Source: Blastocatellia bacterium (GTDB lineage Bacteria > Acidobacteriota > Blastocatellia > HR10 > J050). Taken from it: 64,000 bases of DNA. Of the stretch, positions 36,505-46,051 are shown piece by piece (position 1 is the stretch's first letter; each line of letters begins with the position of its first letter). The position numbers were made by a program, and so were the translations under genes. The notes beneath the pieces are model-generated. The model ran no database searches. It had not been told where the DNA came from and saw only the letters and a list, made by a program, of their open reading frames with translations. The stretch is taken from NCBI GenBank assembly GCA_026985075.1, contig JALSQX010000052.1, positions 10,979 to 74,978 on the forward strand, given 5' to 3'.

Positions 36505-36794
36505 CAGGCCTCGTGATGAGTGTCCGATGAGCTCGCATCCGCACCCTTGGCCGGATTATACAGCACTCGCCTTCCCCAGAGCAATCAGCGGCTCTCGCCA
36601 CTCGCTCGCCCAATGAGATCTCACCCCCGGGGATGGCTGATCGCTCCTTCTCCAGCGCGGGATGACGGGTCGCTCAGTACAGCGTCCCTCGGGGCTCAAC
36701 GTGCGATGGGAATCTCCGTCCCGGAACATGCCTCCCAGACGCTTTCATGGTGTCAGGGTTTTCTCTTCCGGCACTCCGGCCATCCGGCCGAGGG

Positions 36795-36823
36795 TTGACT
36801 TTGCCCCATTGGTAGGGTATAAG
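36795..36823 (+). promoter_or_regulatory. Candidate sigma70-type promoter for the alpha-glucan phosphorylase gene
   Basis: TTGACT (36795-36800), 17-nt spacer, TATAAG (36818-36823), about 58 nt upstream of ATG 36881. Confidence 0.5.
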
Positions 36824-36880
36824 CACTGCTTCTCTTTCCGGGCCGGGCGTCGCAGACCGATCCGATGGGAGAACGATGAT

Positions 36881-39043
36881 ATGGACAGGCTGAAGCTCCC
36901 CGAGCGCCTCAATCGGCTCGGCGAATTGGCGTACAACTTGTGGTGGAGCTGGCATCCAGAAGCGCGAGCGTTGTTTCGCAAGTTGGATTACTCGTTGTGG
37001 AATCGGGTGCGCCACAATCCGGTGAAACTGCTGCATGAGATTGCCCCCGAGAAGCTCGCCGCCGCCGCGCAAGACCCGGCCTTTCGCCGCCAGGTCGATG
37101 CCGTGTTCAAGAGGTTCGACGAGGATCTAGCCGATCAACACACCTGGTTCGCCACCCATTTCCCGGAACTCGTCAACACCCCAATGGCCTACTTCTCATT
37201 CGAATTCGGGCTCCACAACTCGCTCCCCGTCTATGCTGGAGGCCTGGGCATTCTGGCTGGCGATCACTGTAAGGAAGCCAGCGATCTCGGACTCCCCCTG
37301 GTCGGCGTCGGCTTCATGTACCCTCAAGGTTACTTTCACCAGCGCCTCTCACCGGACGGATGGCAGCAGGCCGTCTATGAACAACTGAACTATGACGACG
37401 TTCCCGTACAACGGGCCACTGGTCCTGATGGTCGGGCTTGTGTCATTCGGGTTCCTCTCAATGCCCGTGACGTCTGTATTGCCGTGTGGCGCGTCCAGGT
37501 CGGGCGTGTGCCCCTCTATCTGATGGACACCAACATCGAGGATAACGAACCGTGGGATCGCGATCTCTCGGCGCGACTCTATGGGGGCGATCAGGAACTG
37601 CGCATCCAGCAAGAGATCGTATTGGGGATTGGCGGCGTCCGCATTCTCCGCGCCCTGGGCATTGAGCCCGCCGTCTGGCACGCCAATGAAGGACACTCGG
37701 CGTTCATGATGGTGGAGCGCATCCGCGAATTCGTCGAGCAAGGACTCTCCTTTCAAGAAGCTACGGAGCGCATTCGGGCGACGACGATATTCACCACCCA
37801 CACGCCGGTGCCCGCCGGTCACGATGTTTTTCCCTTTCAGCTCATCGAAGAGCACTTCAGTCATTATTGGCCTCAACTTGGATTGAGTCGAGAGGAATTC
37901 CTCGCCCTGGGAGCCCATCACGAACCCTGGGGAGAGGGTTTCAACATGACGGCGCTGGCGCTCCGATTGTCCGGATATCGCAATGGCGTGAGTCAGCTTC
38001 ATGGAGAGGTCTCCCGGAAGATGTGGCGCTCGGTATGGCCCGATGTGCCCGATGAAGAGCGCGTCCCTATCACTTCGGTGACCAACGGGGTCCACGTACC
38101 CACCTGGGTGGCTCCGGAAATGGACCGGCTCTACGATAAGTACCTGGGACCGGATTGGGTCGAGCGTCACGATGATCCGGCGCTGTGGGAACGCGTCCTG
38201 GAGATCCCCGATGACGAACTCTGGGCTGTTCATCAGCAGTTGAAACGAAAGCTCATGAGCTTCATTCGCGAACGCGCTCGCCGGCAGTGGATTCGTGGCG
38301 AAGTCACTCCCGAACAAGTGCTGGCCTCGGGAACGCTGCTCGATCCGGAAGCCCTCACCATCGGATTCGCGCGACGATTCGCCACGTATAAACGAGCCAC
38401 GTTGATTTTCCGCGATCTGGAACGGCTCAAACGCATCCTGCAAGATCCCTGGCGTCCGGTACAGATCATCTTTGCGGGCAAGGCTCATCCGGCCGATGAA
38501 CCGGGTCAGCAACTCATCCATCAGGTCTATGCGTTGGCCCGAGACCACGGATTCGGTGGTCAGATTGCTTTCGTCGAAGACTATGACATGCACGCGGCGC
38601 GATACTTCATCCAGGGCGTCGACGTCTGGCTCAATACGCCTCGTCGACCTCACGAGGCCAGCGGGACGAGCGGACAGAAGGCCGCGCTCAACGGCATCCC
38701 CCATCTGAGCATTCTGGATGGCTGGTGGGCTGAAGGATATAACGGCGCCAATGGGTGGGCCATCGGCGGTCAACCGGAAGAGACGAACAGCGATCCTGAG
38801 GTCCAGGACGAAATCGATGCCCAGGCTCTCTATCGACTATTGGAAGAGGAAGTGGTCCCGCTCTACTACACGCGCGACCGGGACGGCGTCCCTCGTGGAT
38901 GGATACAGGTGGTCAAAGAAGCCATTCGCACCTGTGCCCCTCGGTTCTCGGCGCGCCGCATGGTGAAGGAGTACACCGAACGCATGTATGCCCCTGCCGC
39001 CCGTGCTTGTCTCCAGTGGCGCCCATCTGAGCAGAGCGGTTGA
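36881..39043 (+). CDS. Alpha-glucan phosphorylase (GT35, GlgP-family, maltodextrin-phosphorylase type)
   Basis: Start ATG 36881 gives MDRLKLPERLNRLGELAYNLWWSW, a typical N-terminus of this family. LAGDHCKEASDLGLP. PLP-lysine region EASGTSGQKAALNG. Confidence 0.85.
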   Translation: MDRLKLPERLNRLGELAYNLWWSWHPEARALFRKLDYSLWNRVRHNPVKLLHEIAPEKLAAAAQDPAFRRQVDAVFKRFDEDLADQHTWFATHFPELVNTPMAYFSFEFGLHNSLPVYAGGLGILAGDHCKEASDLGLPLVGVGFMYPQGYFHQRLSPDGWQQAVYEQLNYDDVPVQRATGPDGRACVIRVPLNARDVCIAVWRVQVGRVPLYLMDTNIEDNEPWDRDLSARLYGGDQELRIQQEIVLGIGGVRILRALGIEPAVWHANEGHSAFMMVERIREFVEQGLSFQEATERIRATTIFTTHTPVPAGHDVFPFQLIEEHFSHYWPQLGLSREEFLALGAHHEPWGEGFNMTALALRLSGYRNGVSQLHGEVSRKMWRSVWPDVPDEERVPITSVTNGVHVPTWVAPEMDRLYDKYLGPDWVERHDDPALWERVLEIPDDELWAVHQQLKRKLMSFIRERARRQWIRGEVTPEQVLASGTLLDPEALTIGFARRFATYKRATLIFRDLERLKRILQDPWRPVQIIFAGKAHPADEPGQQLIHQVYALARDHGFGGQIAFVEDYDMHAARYFIQGVDVWLNTPRRPHEASGTSGQKAALNGIPHLSILDGWWAEGYNGANGWAIGGQPEETNSDPEVQDEIDAQALYRLLEEEVVPLYYTRDRDGVPRGWIQVVKEAIRTCAPRFSARRMVKEYTERMYAPAARACLQWRPSEQSG

Positions 39044-39163
39044 GGCTCACGTCAATAGCATCCTGGCCTCATCGCGAACGAACGATGTCTCCGCCGGCAC
39101 GAACGCCCCCCAGAGCGCCATTCCTCTCGTCTCCCGAACTGAAACGTCGCCGTGACCCGATGC

Positions 39164-39637
39164 TCACTTCTCGCCCTCACCCGTGGGGGGAGGAAAATCG
39201 AGATAGAGCCCTCGCAGTTTGCCGATGATCTCGGGATTGAGCAAAGTGAGATCAGAGGTGATCTCATCCCGACGGCTGAGGACGGCTTGAAGTGGCTCGC
39301 GCAACTCTTCGTCCTCGAGGCGATAGAGGAGGTCGCGCAGACGATCGAAAAACTGCGTCGATTGTTTCTTGGCTTGCTCATAATTCTTCTGTTCGACCTC
39401 CATGACCATTCGGCCCAACTCGTTGTGCAGCCGGGCTAGTTCCAGTTGCTCCTCAGTATGCCGGAGTTCCGCCGTTCGCCTCTCCAACTGTTGGCGCACC
39501 TCGGCCAATTGCGCCTCCAACCTCTGTGACTTCACGTACATGGGAATGAAGCCGGCCAACGCCGCCACAATGAGCAGGATCACTACGATAATGAATTTCC
39601 CTCGAATTGAAGATTTCTTCGACTCCTGATCCGCCAT
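39164..39637 (-). CDS. Membrane-anchored coiled-coil protein, function unknown
   Basis: Start ATG 39637 (GGAGGGG SD). One TM segment (FIIVVILLIVAALAGFIPMYV) followed by heptad-rich helical sequence. Confidence 0.55.
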   Translation of the reverse strand: MADQESKKSSIRGKFIIVVILLIVAALAGFIPMYVKSQRLEAQLAEVRQQLERRTAELRHTEEQLELARLHNELGRMVMEVEQKNYEQAKKQSTQFFDRLRDLLYRLEDEELREPLQAVLSRRDEITSDLTLLNPEIIGKLRGLYLDFPPPTGEGEK

Positions 39638-39662
39638 CGTTGATCCCCTCCTTCGAAAATAA

Positions 39663-39695
39663 GGGTGGCGCAAGATGCCATCTTGCGCTACATCC
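39663..39695. repeat. Palindromic intergenic element, copy B
   Basis: The reverse complement reads GGATGTAGCGCAAGATGGCATCTTGCGCCACCC. Perfect core inverted repeat GCGCAAGATG-C-CATCTTGCGC at 39668-39688. Confidence 0.85.
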
Positions 39696-39902
39696 CCCCA
39701 AGAGTCCATGTTCATCCATTCGGTGTGGCCTGCACCGGCCACGACTGATTCTCTGGGAAAATACGTCTCATCATCTCTCATCGCCCGGGGTGAACACAAT
39801 GTCCATCATCGATCCCTTACCGAAATGGCTCATGAACCGAGTTCGACCGGGCCTCACCCTCCCGCTGAGCGACGAAGGAACGGTGACGACGCATCGTTTT
39901 GA

Positions 39903-40838
39903 TCACCAGTCGCTCGGTCGCCCCAGATTAACGGTGAAACCAGCCAGGATCTGGTAATCTCGCCGTCCAGCCGCCAGCCCCAGTTGCCGCACAGCGAAGT
40001 CCAACACCCAGTTCGGTCGGAGGCGATAGGTCACTCCTTGACCGAGCGAAACGGCCGCCGCTCGGCGGCTGGGATTCTCATAGAGCAGCCCACCGAACAC
40101 CGTCCATCGACGCCGAGGACCCGATTCCCCCAGCGTGCGGGCCACATCCACAGCCACATCGTATTGCTGGGCCGGATTCGTGGGGGAGGGATGAGTGGCG
40201 CTCGTCCACGTACCGTTGACGGTGAGACTGTTCAGACCCATTCCATAGACCATGATCCCCGTGAGCCCCAATCGCGCCCCCCGATCACCACGAAGGAAAA
40301 AGAGGGCCTGAGGCACAACAGCCAATGACAAAGATCCCTCTCGATAAACGGGCCGCCGGACGGCCAAGCCCAATCGATCGCCAAATCGAGTCGCTCGGCG
40401 CGACGTCTCCTCGACGCTGGTGAGGGCATCGAACGTCAGGCTGAATTCCGCTCGATGAAATATGCCGCGACCCACATCGGGTGTATACTTCACCGTCACC
40501 GGCAGAGCGAAGAACCCTCTCCACGATGTCGTTCCCACTTCCACCTCCAGTGTACCCGGCGCCGTGGTCGAAGTATCCGAGGTGAACGTTGGTCGCTGCG
40601 GCGTAGCCTCATACGGTCCTGAGGAGGCCTGTGCTCCACCTCCGCTTTGAGCCGCGGCCAGTGAGTGAAACAGGAGTATACCGAGACTCGCCCGTACCAC
40701 TCTGAGCCACCAGCGCTTCCATTCCGGCATCGGCGTCGGTGCTCGCCACATGTTCCACAGCCTGAGTTTCCTCGCTTCCGGATCCTTTCCTTCGAACATG
40801 TCCCAGACCATCCTCATCTTTCCTTGTCCGCTGTCCAT
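39903..40838 (-). CDS. Putative outer-membrane beta-barrel protein
   Basis: Signal peptide ...ASLGILLFHSLAAAQ, alternating-hydrophobic beta-strand pattern, C-terminal aromatic residue (...GRPSDW). The ORF begins 6 nt after the CaCA stop. The true start is uncertain (several in-frame ATGs). Confidence 0.5.
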   Translation of the reverse strand: MDSGQGKMRMVWDMFEGKDPEARKLRLWNMWRAPTPMPEWKRWWLRVVRASLGILLFHSLAAAQSGGGAQASSGPYEATPQRPTFTSDTSTTAPGTLEVEVGTTSWRGFFALPVTVKYTPDVGRGIFHRAEFSLTFDALTSVEETSRRATRFGDRLGLAVRRPVYREGSLSLAVVPQALFFLRGDRGARLGLTGIMVYGMGLNSLTVNGTWTSATHPSPTNPAQQYDVAVDVARTLGESGPRRRWTVFGGLLYENPSRRAAAVSLGQGVTYRLRPNWVLDFAVRQLGLAAGRRDYQILAGFTVNLGRPSDW

Positions 40839-40844
40839 TTCCTC

Positions 40845-41948
40845 TCACGCGCCACGTCGGCGCTGGCGCACCGTTCTCACAACCAAAATCATGAATGTGA
40901 TGACGGTCAAAGGAATGACGAATGTCATCATCACCGTACTGAATGCTGCCAACGCCGCATGATTGACGGCGTCGAGGACCAGATAGACGATGTAAGCGAT
41001 ATAATAGCCGAGAAACAATCCTCCCTCCCAGCGGGCGATGATGTTTCCCGTGAAGAAGACGGGTAAACAAGCGACGGCGACAGCGATCATCACCGGGATG
41101 TCGAATCCCAGCGCCGCTGACGAAACGCTCACACCGCTCGGCGACACCAGACTGGTGAGCCCGAGCACGGAAAGGATGTTGAAAATATTGCTCCCCACTA
41201 CGTTGCCCACGGCCAGATCACGAGCACCATGAATGCTGGCGACCACGGAGGTCGCCAACTCGGGTAGAGATGTGCCCAGGGCGACCACCGTCAAGCCGAT
41301 GACCAACTGGTTCACCCCCCACATCTCAGCCATATGCACAGCACCCTCGACCAACCAGCGGGAACCGAATCGCAGAAGGACGAATCCCACGAGGATGAGA
41401 CCAATATCCATCACCCAGCGAACGGGGGATCGATTCTCCGATACACCGAATTCTTCAGCATAATCTTCCTGGAGTCGGTTCTCCCGGCGACCCTCACGAA
41501 TGGACCATACGGTGTATATCACAACGCCGGCGAACAACAGAAGACCATCCATTCGCCCGATCCGACCGTCCAACGCCAGCAGGAGCATGGCGAAGGAGAC
41601 GCCCACCATGAGCGGGACATCCAGCCGGACCAGTTGTTGGGAGACGCGTAAAGGAGTGATCAGAGCCGAAAGCCCGAGGATGAGCAACACATTACAGATA
41701 TTGCTCCCCACCACGTTGCCCAACACGATGTCCGGTCGCCCAGCGAGGCCCGCCTGCACGCCCACGGCCAGCTCGGGGGCGCTGGTACCAAAAGCGACGA
41801 CCGTCAGGCCAATGACCAGCGATGAGACTCCCACAGCCGCAGCCAGCCGCACGGCACCGCGCACCAGGGCTTCGGCGCCACCGATGAGGAGCACTAATCC
41901 TGCCGCAAATGTGACCACCGACATCACATCCATCCACGGACCCTCCAA
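40845..41948 (-). CDS. Ca2+/cation antiporter (CaCA family, YrbG-like)
   Basis: 367-aa polytopic ORF with two alpha-repeats containing GTSAPELAV and GTSLPELAT. Confidence 0.85.
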   Translation of the reverse strand: MEGPWMDVMSVVTFAAGLVLLIGGAEALVRGAVRLAAAVGVSSLVIGLTVVAFGTSAPELAVGVQAGLAGRPDIVLGNVVGSNICNVLLILGLSALITPLRVSQQLVRLDVPLMVGVSFAMLLLALDGRIGRMDGLLLFAGVVIYTVWSIREGRRENRLQEDYAEEFGVSENRSPVRWVMDIGLILVGFVLLRFGSRWLVEGAVHMAEMWGVNQLVIGLTVVALGTSLPELATSVVASIHGARDLAVGNVVGSNIFNILSVLGLTSLVSPSGVSVSSAALGFDIPVMIAVAVACLPVFFTGNIIARWEGGLFLGYYIAYIVYLVLDAVNHAALAAFSTVMMTFVIPLTVITFMILVVRTVRQRRRGA

Positions 41949-41999
41949 TTCATGTTCGCTTTCTCATCGCTGGCCGGAACCCGCCACGGGGGCGCTCGA

Positions 42000-43007
42000 T
42001 CATTGACGCGACCGCTCATCCCCCCGCGGGGCGCGATCGGCTCCCGGCGAGCGCGCCGATTCGCTATCCAATGGAGCTCGCGTTCGCTCCTGGAGCGGCC
42101 TCATTCCCGGTTTTCCCTCCAGCACATTATCATAAAATCGCTGCGTCGGATAGGCGAAGTCAACGTCGGGGCATTCAGCAAAAGCATCGAGAATGTCCTC
42201 CCAAATCGTTTGCTCGCTGGCCCGTCGTTGGCGCGGATCGCATAAATACCGCAGCGTCAACAGCACGCCGCTCTCCCGCACGCTGGTGTAGACGGTCGGC
42301 GTCAACTTCTTGTAAAAGATCATGAACTTCCGCGCCGCTTCCTGAACCTCCCTGGCTGCCGTCTGGCTGAGTGGTCCGGCGCGCCTCAAGGCGATCTCGT
42401 GCAGAATCTCCTTGGCCTTCCGCCAATTACTCTCGAAGGTCACCAGTACGGGAATCTCGTTCCAGATGAACGCGAATCCTTGAGTGTAGTTGGCCAGCAC
42501 TTCGGTGAACACCTTTCCATTGGGAATATGAATCATCCGACCCGTGCTTTGATCGGCATCGACCCAACGACCGATTTCCAGAAGGGTGAATTCAAAAATG
42601 CGCACGTCAATGACATCGCCGGCATGATCGCCGATCTGAATCCGATCGCCTACCTCAAACGGTCGCCGCCAGAGAATGAAAACCCACCTGGCCAAATTGG
42701 TGAGCGGATCTCTCAAGGCAATGGCCAAGCCGGCAGAAACCAACCCCAAATAGGTGGCCAAGGACCCAAATCCCTCGAACCATTCGCGCCCCACGGCCAA
42801 TGCGCCCAGCACAACGGTGACGTACAGCGTCGTCTTTTGCCACTGATAGCGCTGGCGAACATCTTCAACTCGCCGCCACACCAGCATCAAAATCGCTCTT
42901 CGGAACAGCCAGAGCAGGACGATGATGATCAGCGAAACGACCAGTTTCTCCTGCGTCGCCGGACTCATGCCGAGAGCACTCTCCATCCACTGACTCCATC
43001 GCTTCAT
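42000..43007 (-). CDS. Mechanosensitive ion channel (MscS family)
   Basis: Start ATG 43007 chosen; the longer ORF runs to 43259. TM helices are followed by the MscS beta-domain pattern PFEVGDRIQIGDHAGDVIDVRIFEFTLLEIG. Confidence 0.75.
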   Translation of the reverse strand: MKRWSQWMESALGMSPATQEKLVVSLIIIVLLWLFRRAILMLVWRRVEDVRQRYQWQKTTLYVTVVLGALAVGREWFEGFGSLATYLGLVSAGLAIALRDPLTNLARWVFILWRRPFEVGDRIQIGDHAGDVIDVRIFEFTLLEIGRWVDADQSTGRMIHIPNGKVFTEVLANYTQGFAFIWNEIPVLVTFESNWRKAKEILHEIALRRAGPLSQTAAREVQEAARKFMIFYKKLTPTVYTSVRESGVLLTLRYLCDPRQRRASEQTIWEDILDAFAECPDVDFAYPTQRFYDNVLEGKPGMRPLQERTRAPLDSESARSPGADRAPRGDERSRQ

Positions 43008-43147
43008 AAGACTCCCACCTTGCTTTGAAATGGCCCGAACCATTGTACCATCAGCGAGGTCATCAGCCACATTGGAGAACGCCTCCTTCGGTCGCGAAGG
43101 TGAGGGCGCTGACCATGGTTTGGTCAACCACACGGCAAGAATGAGAA

Positions 43148-43180
43148 GCATGGAGCGCAAGATGTCATCCTGCGCCACAT
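43148..43180. repeat. Palindromic intergenic element, copy C
   Basis: GCATGGAGCGCAAGATGTCATCCTGCGCCACAT. Core GCGCAAGATG-T-CATCCTGCGC at 43155-43175 (one arm mismatch). Confidence 0.8.
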
Positions 43181-43427
43181 TGGTGACGATGTCGCTCCAG
43201 CCTCTCCGGAGAATGTGCCAGGAGGCGTTTTGCATCTCGCCTCCGGCGGATGATCTCACTGCTCATCCACATCTAGCGCCCGTGCCGCCCCTGGGGGTAC
43301 AATGTGTGTGGTTGGCGAAAAGGCGTGAGAGGAGAGCATGAGCGGTGAACACCCATATTTGTGAACTTTCTCATCGGATGTGCCGTTTACTCGAATGACT
43401 GTCATGTGCGAGCGGAGGACATGAGCC

Positions 43428-44201
43428 ATGACCAAGACCTGCCCACAATGTGCTGCGCCCATTTTGGAAACGCAGCGATTTTGTCGCTACTGTGGCCATC
43501 GATTGGATCACGGGCTCCAGGACTACATCGAGACCGAGTTCATCGATGAATCGAACTCTCCAAACGTTCATCCGGGCGACTCCGCTTCTCCAACACCGAC
43601 GTGGATGCCCATGACCGCTTCGCCGACGACTCCCCTCGAGAAAAAACGTCGGCGCCCCAGAACGATCGCCGCGCTGGTCCTCCTGCTCGCTCTGAGCCTC
43701 CTGGGAGCGAATCTTCTCTTCTTCTTCTGGTCGTCCGAACCGGAGACGGCGGTCACCATTCCTACCCCTCCTCCCTCCCCTCCCCCTCCCCCATCCCCTC
43801 CGAAGGAACCGCCGCTACCGACTCGGCCACAACCCTCGACATCGCCCGCACCAACGCGCCCCGCCCCCGGCGAACGCATCGAACGGCGGATTGGCCGGTT
43901 GCTCTCACAACGCGCCGTTCGCCTTCAGCGCGAGATCGACTCCCTCAAGCGCCGCCTCCAACACTCTCAGGAACTCTCTGATCGAGAACGCCGAGCCCTC
44001 CTGGCCAAAATCGAGGAACTGGAGAACAAGCGCCTCGAGGTTCTCGCCGCGGTCGAGATTCTTCAATCCGAGACGCTCCGAGATCTTCTCCGGGGAAATC
44101 TCCTGAAGGAAGATGCCCTCCGAGCAGTCGAGGAAGAACTCAACAAGCTCGATGTCCAAATCGATGGGAATCGAGTGGAAACAAAACCGAACCCACGGTG
44201 A
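43428..44201 (+). CDS. Zinc-ribbon / single-TM / proline-rich / coiled-coil protein
   Basis: MTKTCPQCAAPILETQRFCRYCGH (CxxC...CxxC), TM segment IAALVLLLALSLLGANLLFFFW, PPSPPPPPSPP tract, helical C-terminus. Confidence 0.6.
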   Translation: MTKTCPQCAAPILETQRFCRYCGHRLDHGLQDYIETEFIDESNSPNVHPGDSASPTPTWMPMTASPTTPLEKKRRRPRTIAALVLLLALSLLGANLLFFFWSSEPETAVTIPTPPPSPPPPPSPPKEPPLPTRPQPSTSPAPTRPAPGERIERRIGRLLSQRAVRLQREIDSLKRRLQHSQELSDRERRALLAKIEELENKRLEVLAAVEILQSETLRDLLRGNLLKEDALRAVEEELNKLDVQIDGNRVETKPNPR

Positions 44202-44394
44202 GGACCAATTATCGACGCCGGAGATCCCTCCCGGACACCATCGCAGAGCGCCTGACGCCTCTCGCTCCTCGTGCTCGAAAGGGGTGATCCTCTGCGATCC
44301 GGAGATCTTGGCAAACCATCATAGAAAGAGATGCTTCCCTGGCCGTCGACCTGTTATGATATCCCACTCGGAGTGAAAAACTGAGAGGAGACCT

Positions 44395-45042
44395 ATGCAC
44401 ATCACACCTGCCGTGATTGCTGAAGTGGAGAGAAAATACGGCCATCCCCGAGAGCTCTCTCTCAGCTTCGAGATGCAGGAGATCGAATTCCGACTCCTCG
44501 ATCAAATGCGGAGGGAAGGACGAGCTCACGATGTCACGTTGTACATTTTCAGGAGCATCGCCCATGAGCCATCGCACGTCGCGAACGATGGAAATGAAGT
44601 AGCGCGAGCTGACAGCTTGCGCCATCCTATTGTCACTGGAGACCACATCGCCGTCATTCGTAAGCATTCATATCCACCGGGCATCTTTCGCCCTCCGAGC
44701 GGTGGCATCCACCCCGGCGAATCGTTCGAAGCGGGCGCACGACGAGAAGCGTATGAAGAGACCGGGCTGCACATCGAATTGCATCGTTATCTGCTTCGTG
44801 CCCGCGTTTCGTTTGTCTGGCAGGGAAAGCGAGCGGAGTGGACCTCTCACGTCTTTGCGGCCCACCACCTCGGTGGTGATATCCACCCGGTGGATTGCGG
44901 CGAAATCGCGGAAGCCTTCTGGGTGCCGGTGGATGGGTTGAAGGCCTCGACCGCTCGCCTGCGAGCGACGCCTCTTGGGGGATTACATTACCGGGCGGCA
45001 CTGAACGAGCAGGTACTGTCACTCTATGAAAAAGGGATCTGA
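44395..45042 (+). CDS. NUDIX hydrolase
   Basis: Nudix box GGIHPGESFEAGARREAYEETGL (GX5EX7REUXEEXGU). GAGAGGAG SD. Confidence 0.75.
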   Translation: MHITPAVIAEVERKYGHPRELSLSFEMQEIEFRLLDQMRREGRAHDVTLYIFRSIAHEPSHVANDGNEVARADSLRHPIVTGDHIAVIRKHSYPPGIFRPPSGGIHPGESFEAGARREAYEETGLHIELHRYLLRARVSFVWQGKRAEWTSHVFAAHHLGGDIHPVDCGEIAEAFWVPVDGLKASTARLRATPLGGLHYRAALNEQVLSLYEKGI

Positions 45043-45143
45043 AGACGCATAAGGTTCCGGCGCGAGGGGAGATTGACCGCTCCCCAAAGGGGTTGCGGTT
45101 CCCGCCGAGATCACCCGAGAACGAGCAATGGAGAGGAGATCCC

Positions 45144-46043
45144 ATGCGCATCTATACGGCTGAACAAACGGCTCGCTGTCTCCCTTATGTCGGCCTCGCC
45201 CAATCGCTGGCATCGATGCTTCGGGCGGAGCGCGAAGGCGCGGCGCGCGCTCCTCAGCGGCTGGTCATCCCGTTGAGGGGAGAGAATGTTTTGCTTCTCA
45301 TGCCCGCAACCGATGACCAACTGGCGGTGACCAAGCTCGTGACGGTGCACCCAGACAATCCCGACCGCGGGCTTCCCACCGTCCGAGGAGAACTGCTGGT
45401 GGTCGATGTGACGACCGGTGAGCGCCTCGGCCTCCTGGAGGGTCAAACGGTCACGGCACGACGCACGGCGGCACTGTCGCTATTGGCCGCTCGACATCTC
45501 GCTCCTCGTCCGGCGGGGCCGATGCTGATCGTCGGGGCTGGCGTGCAAGCGCGCGCCCATCTGGAAGCATTTCGTGAGGGACTCCACGTCACAGAGGCGT
45601 ACATCACCTCGCGGACGGCAGCGCGCGCCGACGCGCTCGCCAAGCACGGTCGACGTCTCGGCGTCAGAACCCGAGTCGTAGACCACCCCATGGAAGTTCT
45701 CGACCAGGTCGCATTGATCGTCACGGCCACGACGAGTTCGAAGCCGGTCCTTCCCGAAACCGTCCGCGAAGACGCTTTCATCGCTGCGGTGGGCGCTTTT
45801 CGCCCGAATATGGCCGAACTGCCTGCTGCCCTCATCCACCGCGCCCGTCTCTATGTTGACACGCTCGATGGAGCGAGAGCTGAAGCCGGCGATCTCATTC
45901 AGGCGAACGTCGACTGGGGCGATGTGAAATCGCTCGGGGAGGCACTGGATGAACCGCGGCCACTCGGAGGACCGGTCGTATTCAAAAGCGTCGGGCATGC
46001 TCTTTGGGATCTGGCCGCGGCGCGGTTGGTGTTCGGAAAATGA
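45144..46043 (+). CDS. Ornithine cyclodeaminase / mu-crystallin family protein
   Basis: Start ATG 45144 (GGAGAGGAG SD). TARRTAALSLLAA and IVGAGVQARAH Rossmann motif are typical of the OCD / mu-crystallin family. Confidence 0.75.
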   Translation: MRIYTAEQTARCLPYVGLAQSLASMLRAEREGAARAPQRLVIPLRGENVLLLMPATDDQLAVTKLVTVHPDNPDRGLPTVRGELLVVDVTTGERLGLLEGQTVTARRTAALSLLAARHLAPRPAGPMLIVGAGVQARAHLEAFREGLHVTEAYITSRTAARADALAKHGRRLGVRTRVVDHPMEVLDQVALIVTATTSSKPVLPETVREDAFIAAVGAFRPNMAELPAALIHRARLYVDTLDGARAEAGDLIQANVDWGDVKSLGEALDEPRPLGGPVVFKSVGHALWDLAAARLVFGK

Positions 46044-46051
46044 CCGAACCC

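Noticed and set aside
43761-43802. A CCCTCC-rich low-complexity tract resembling a tandem repeat.
   Set aside because: It lies in frame inside the zinc-ribbon protein ORF and encodes a proline-rich linker (PPPSPPPPPSPP).
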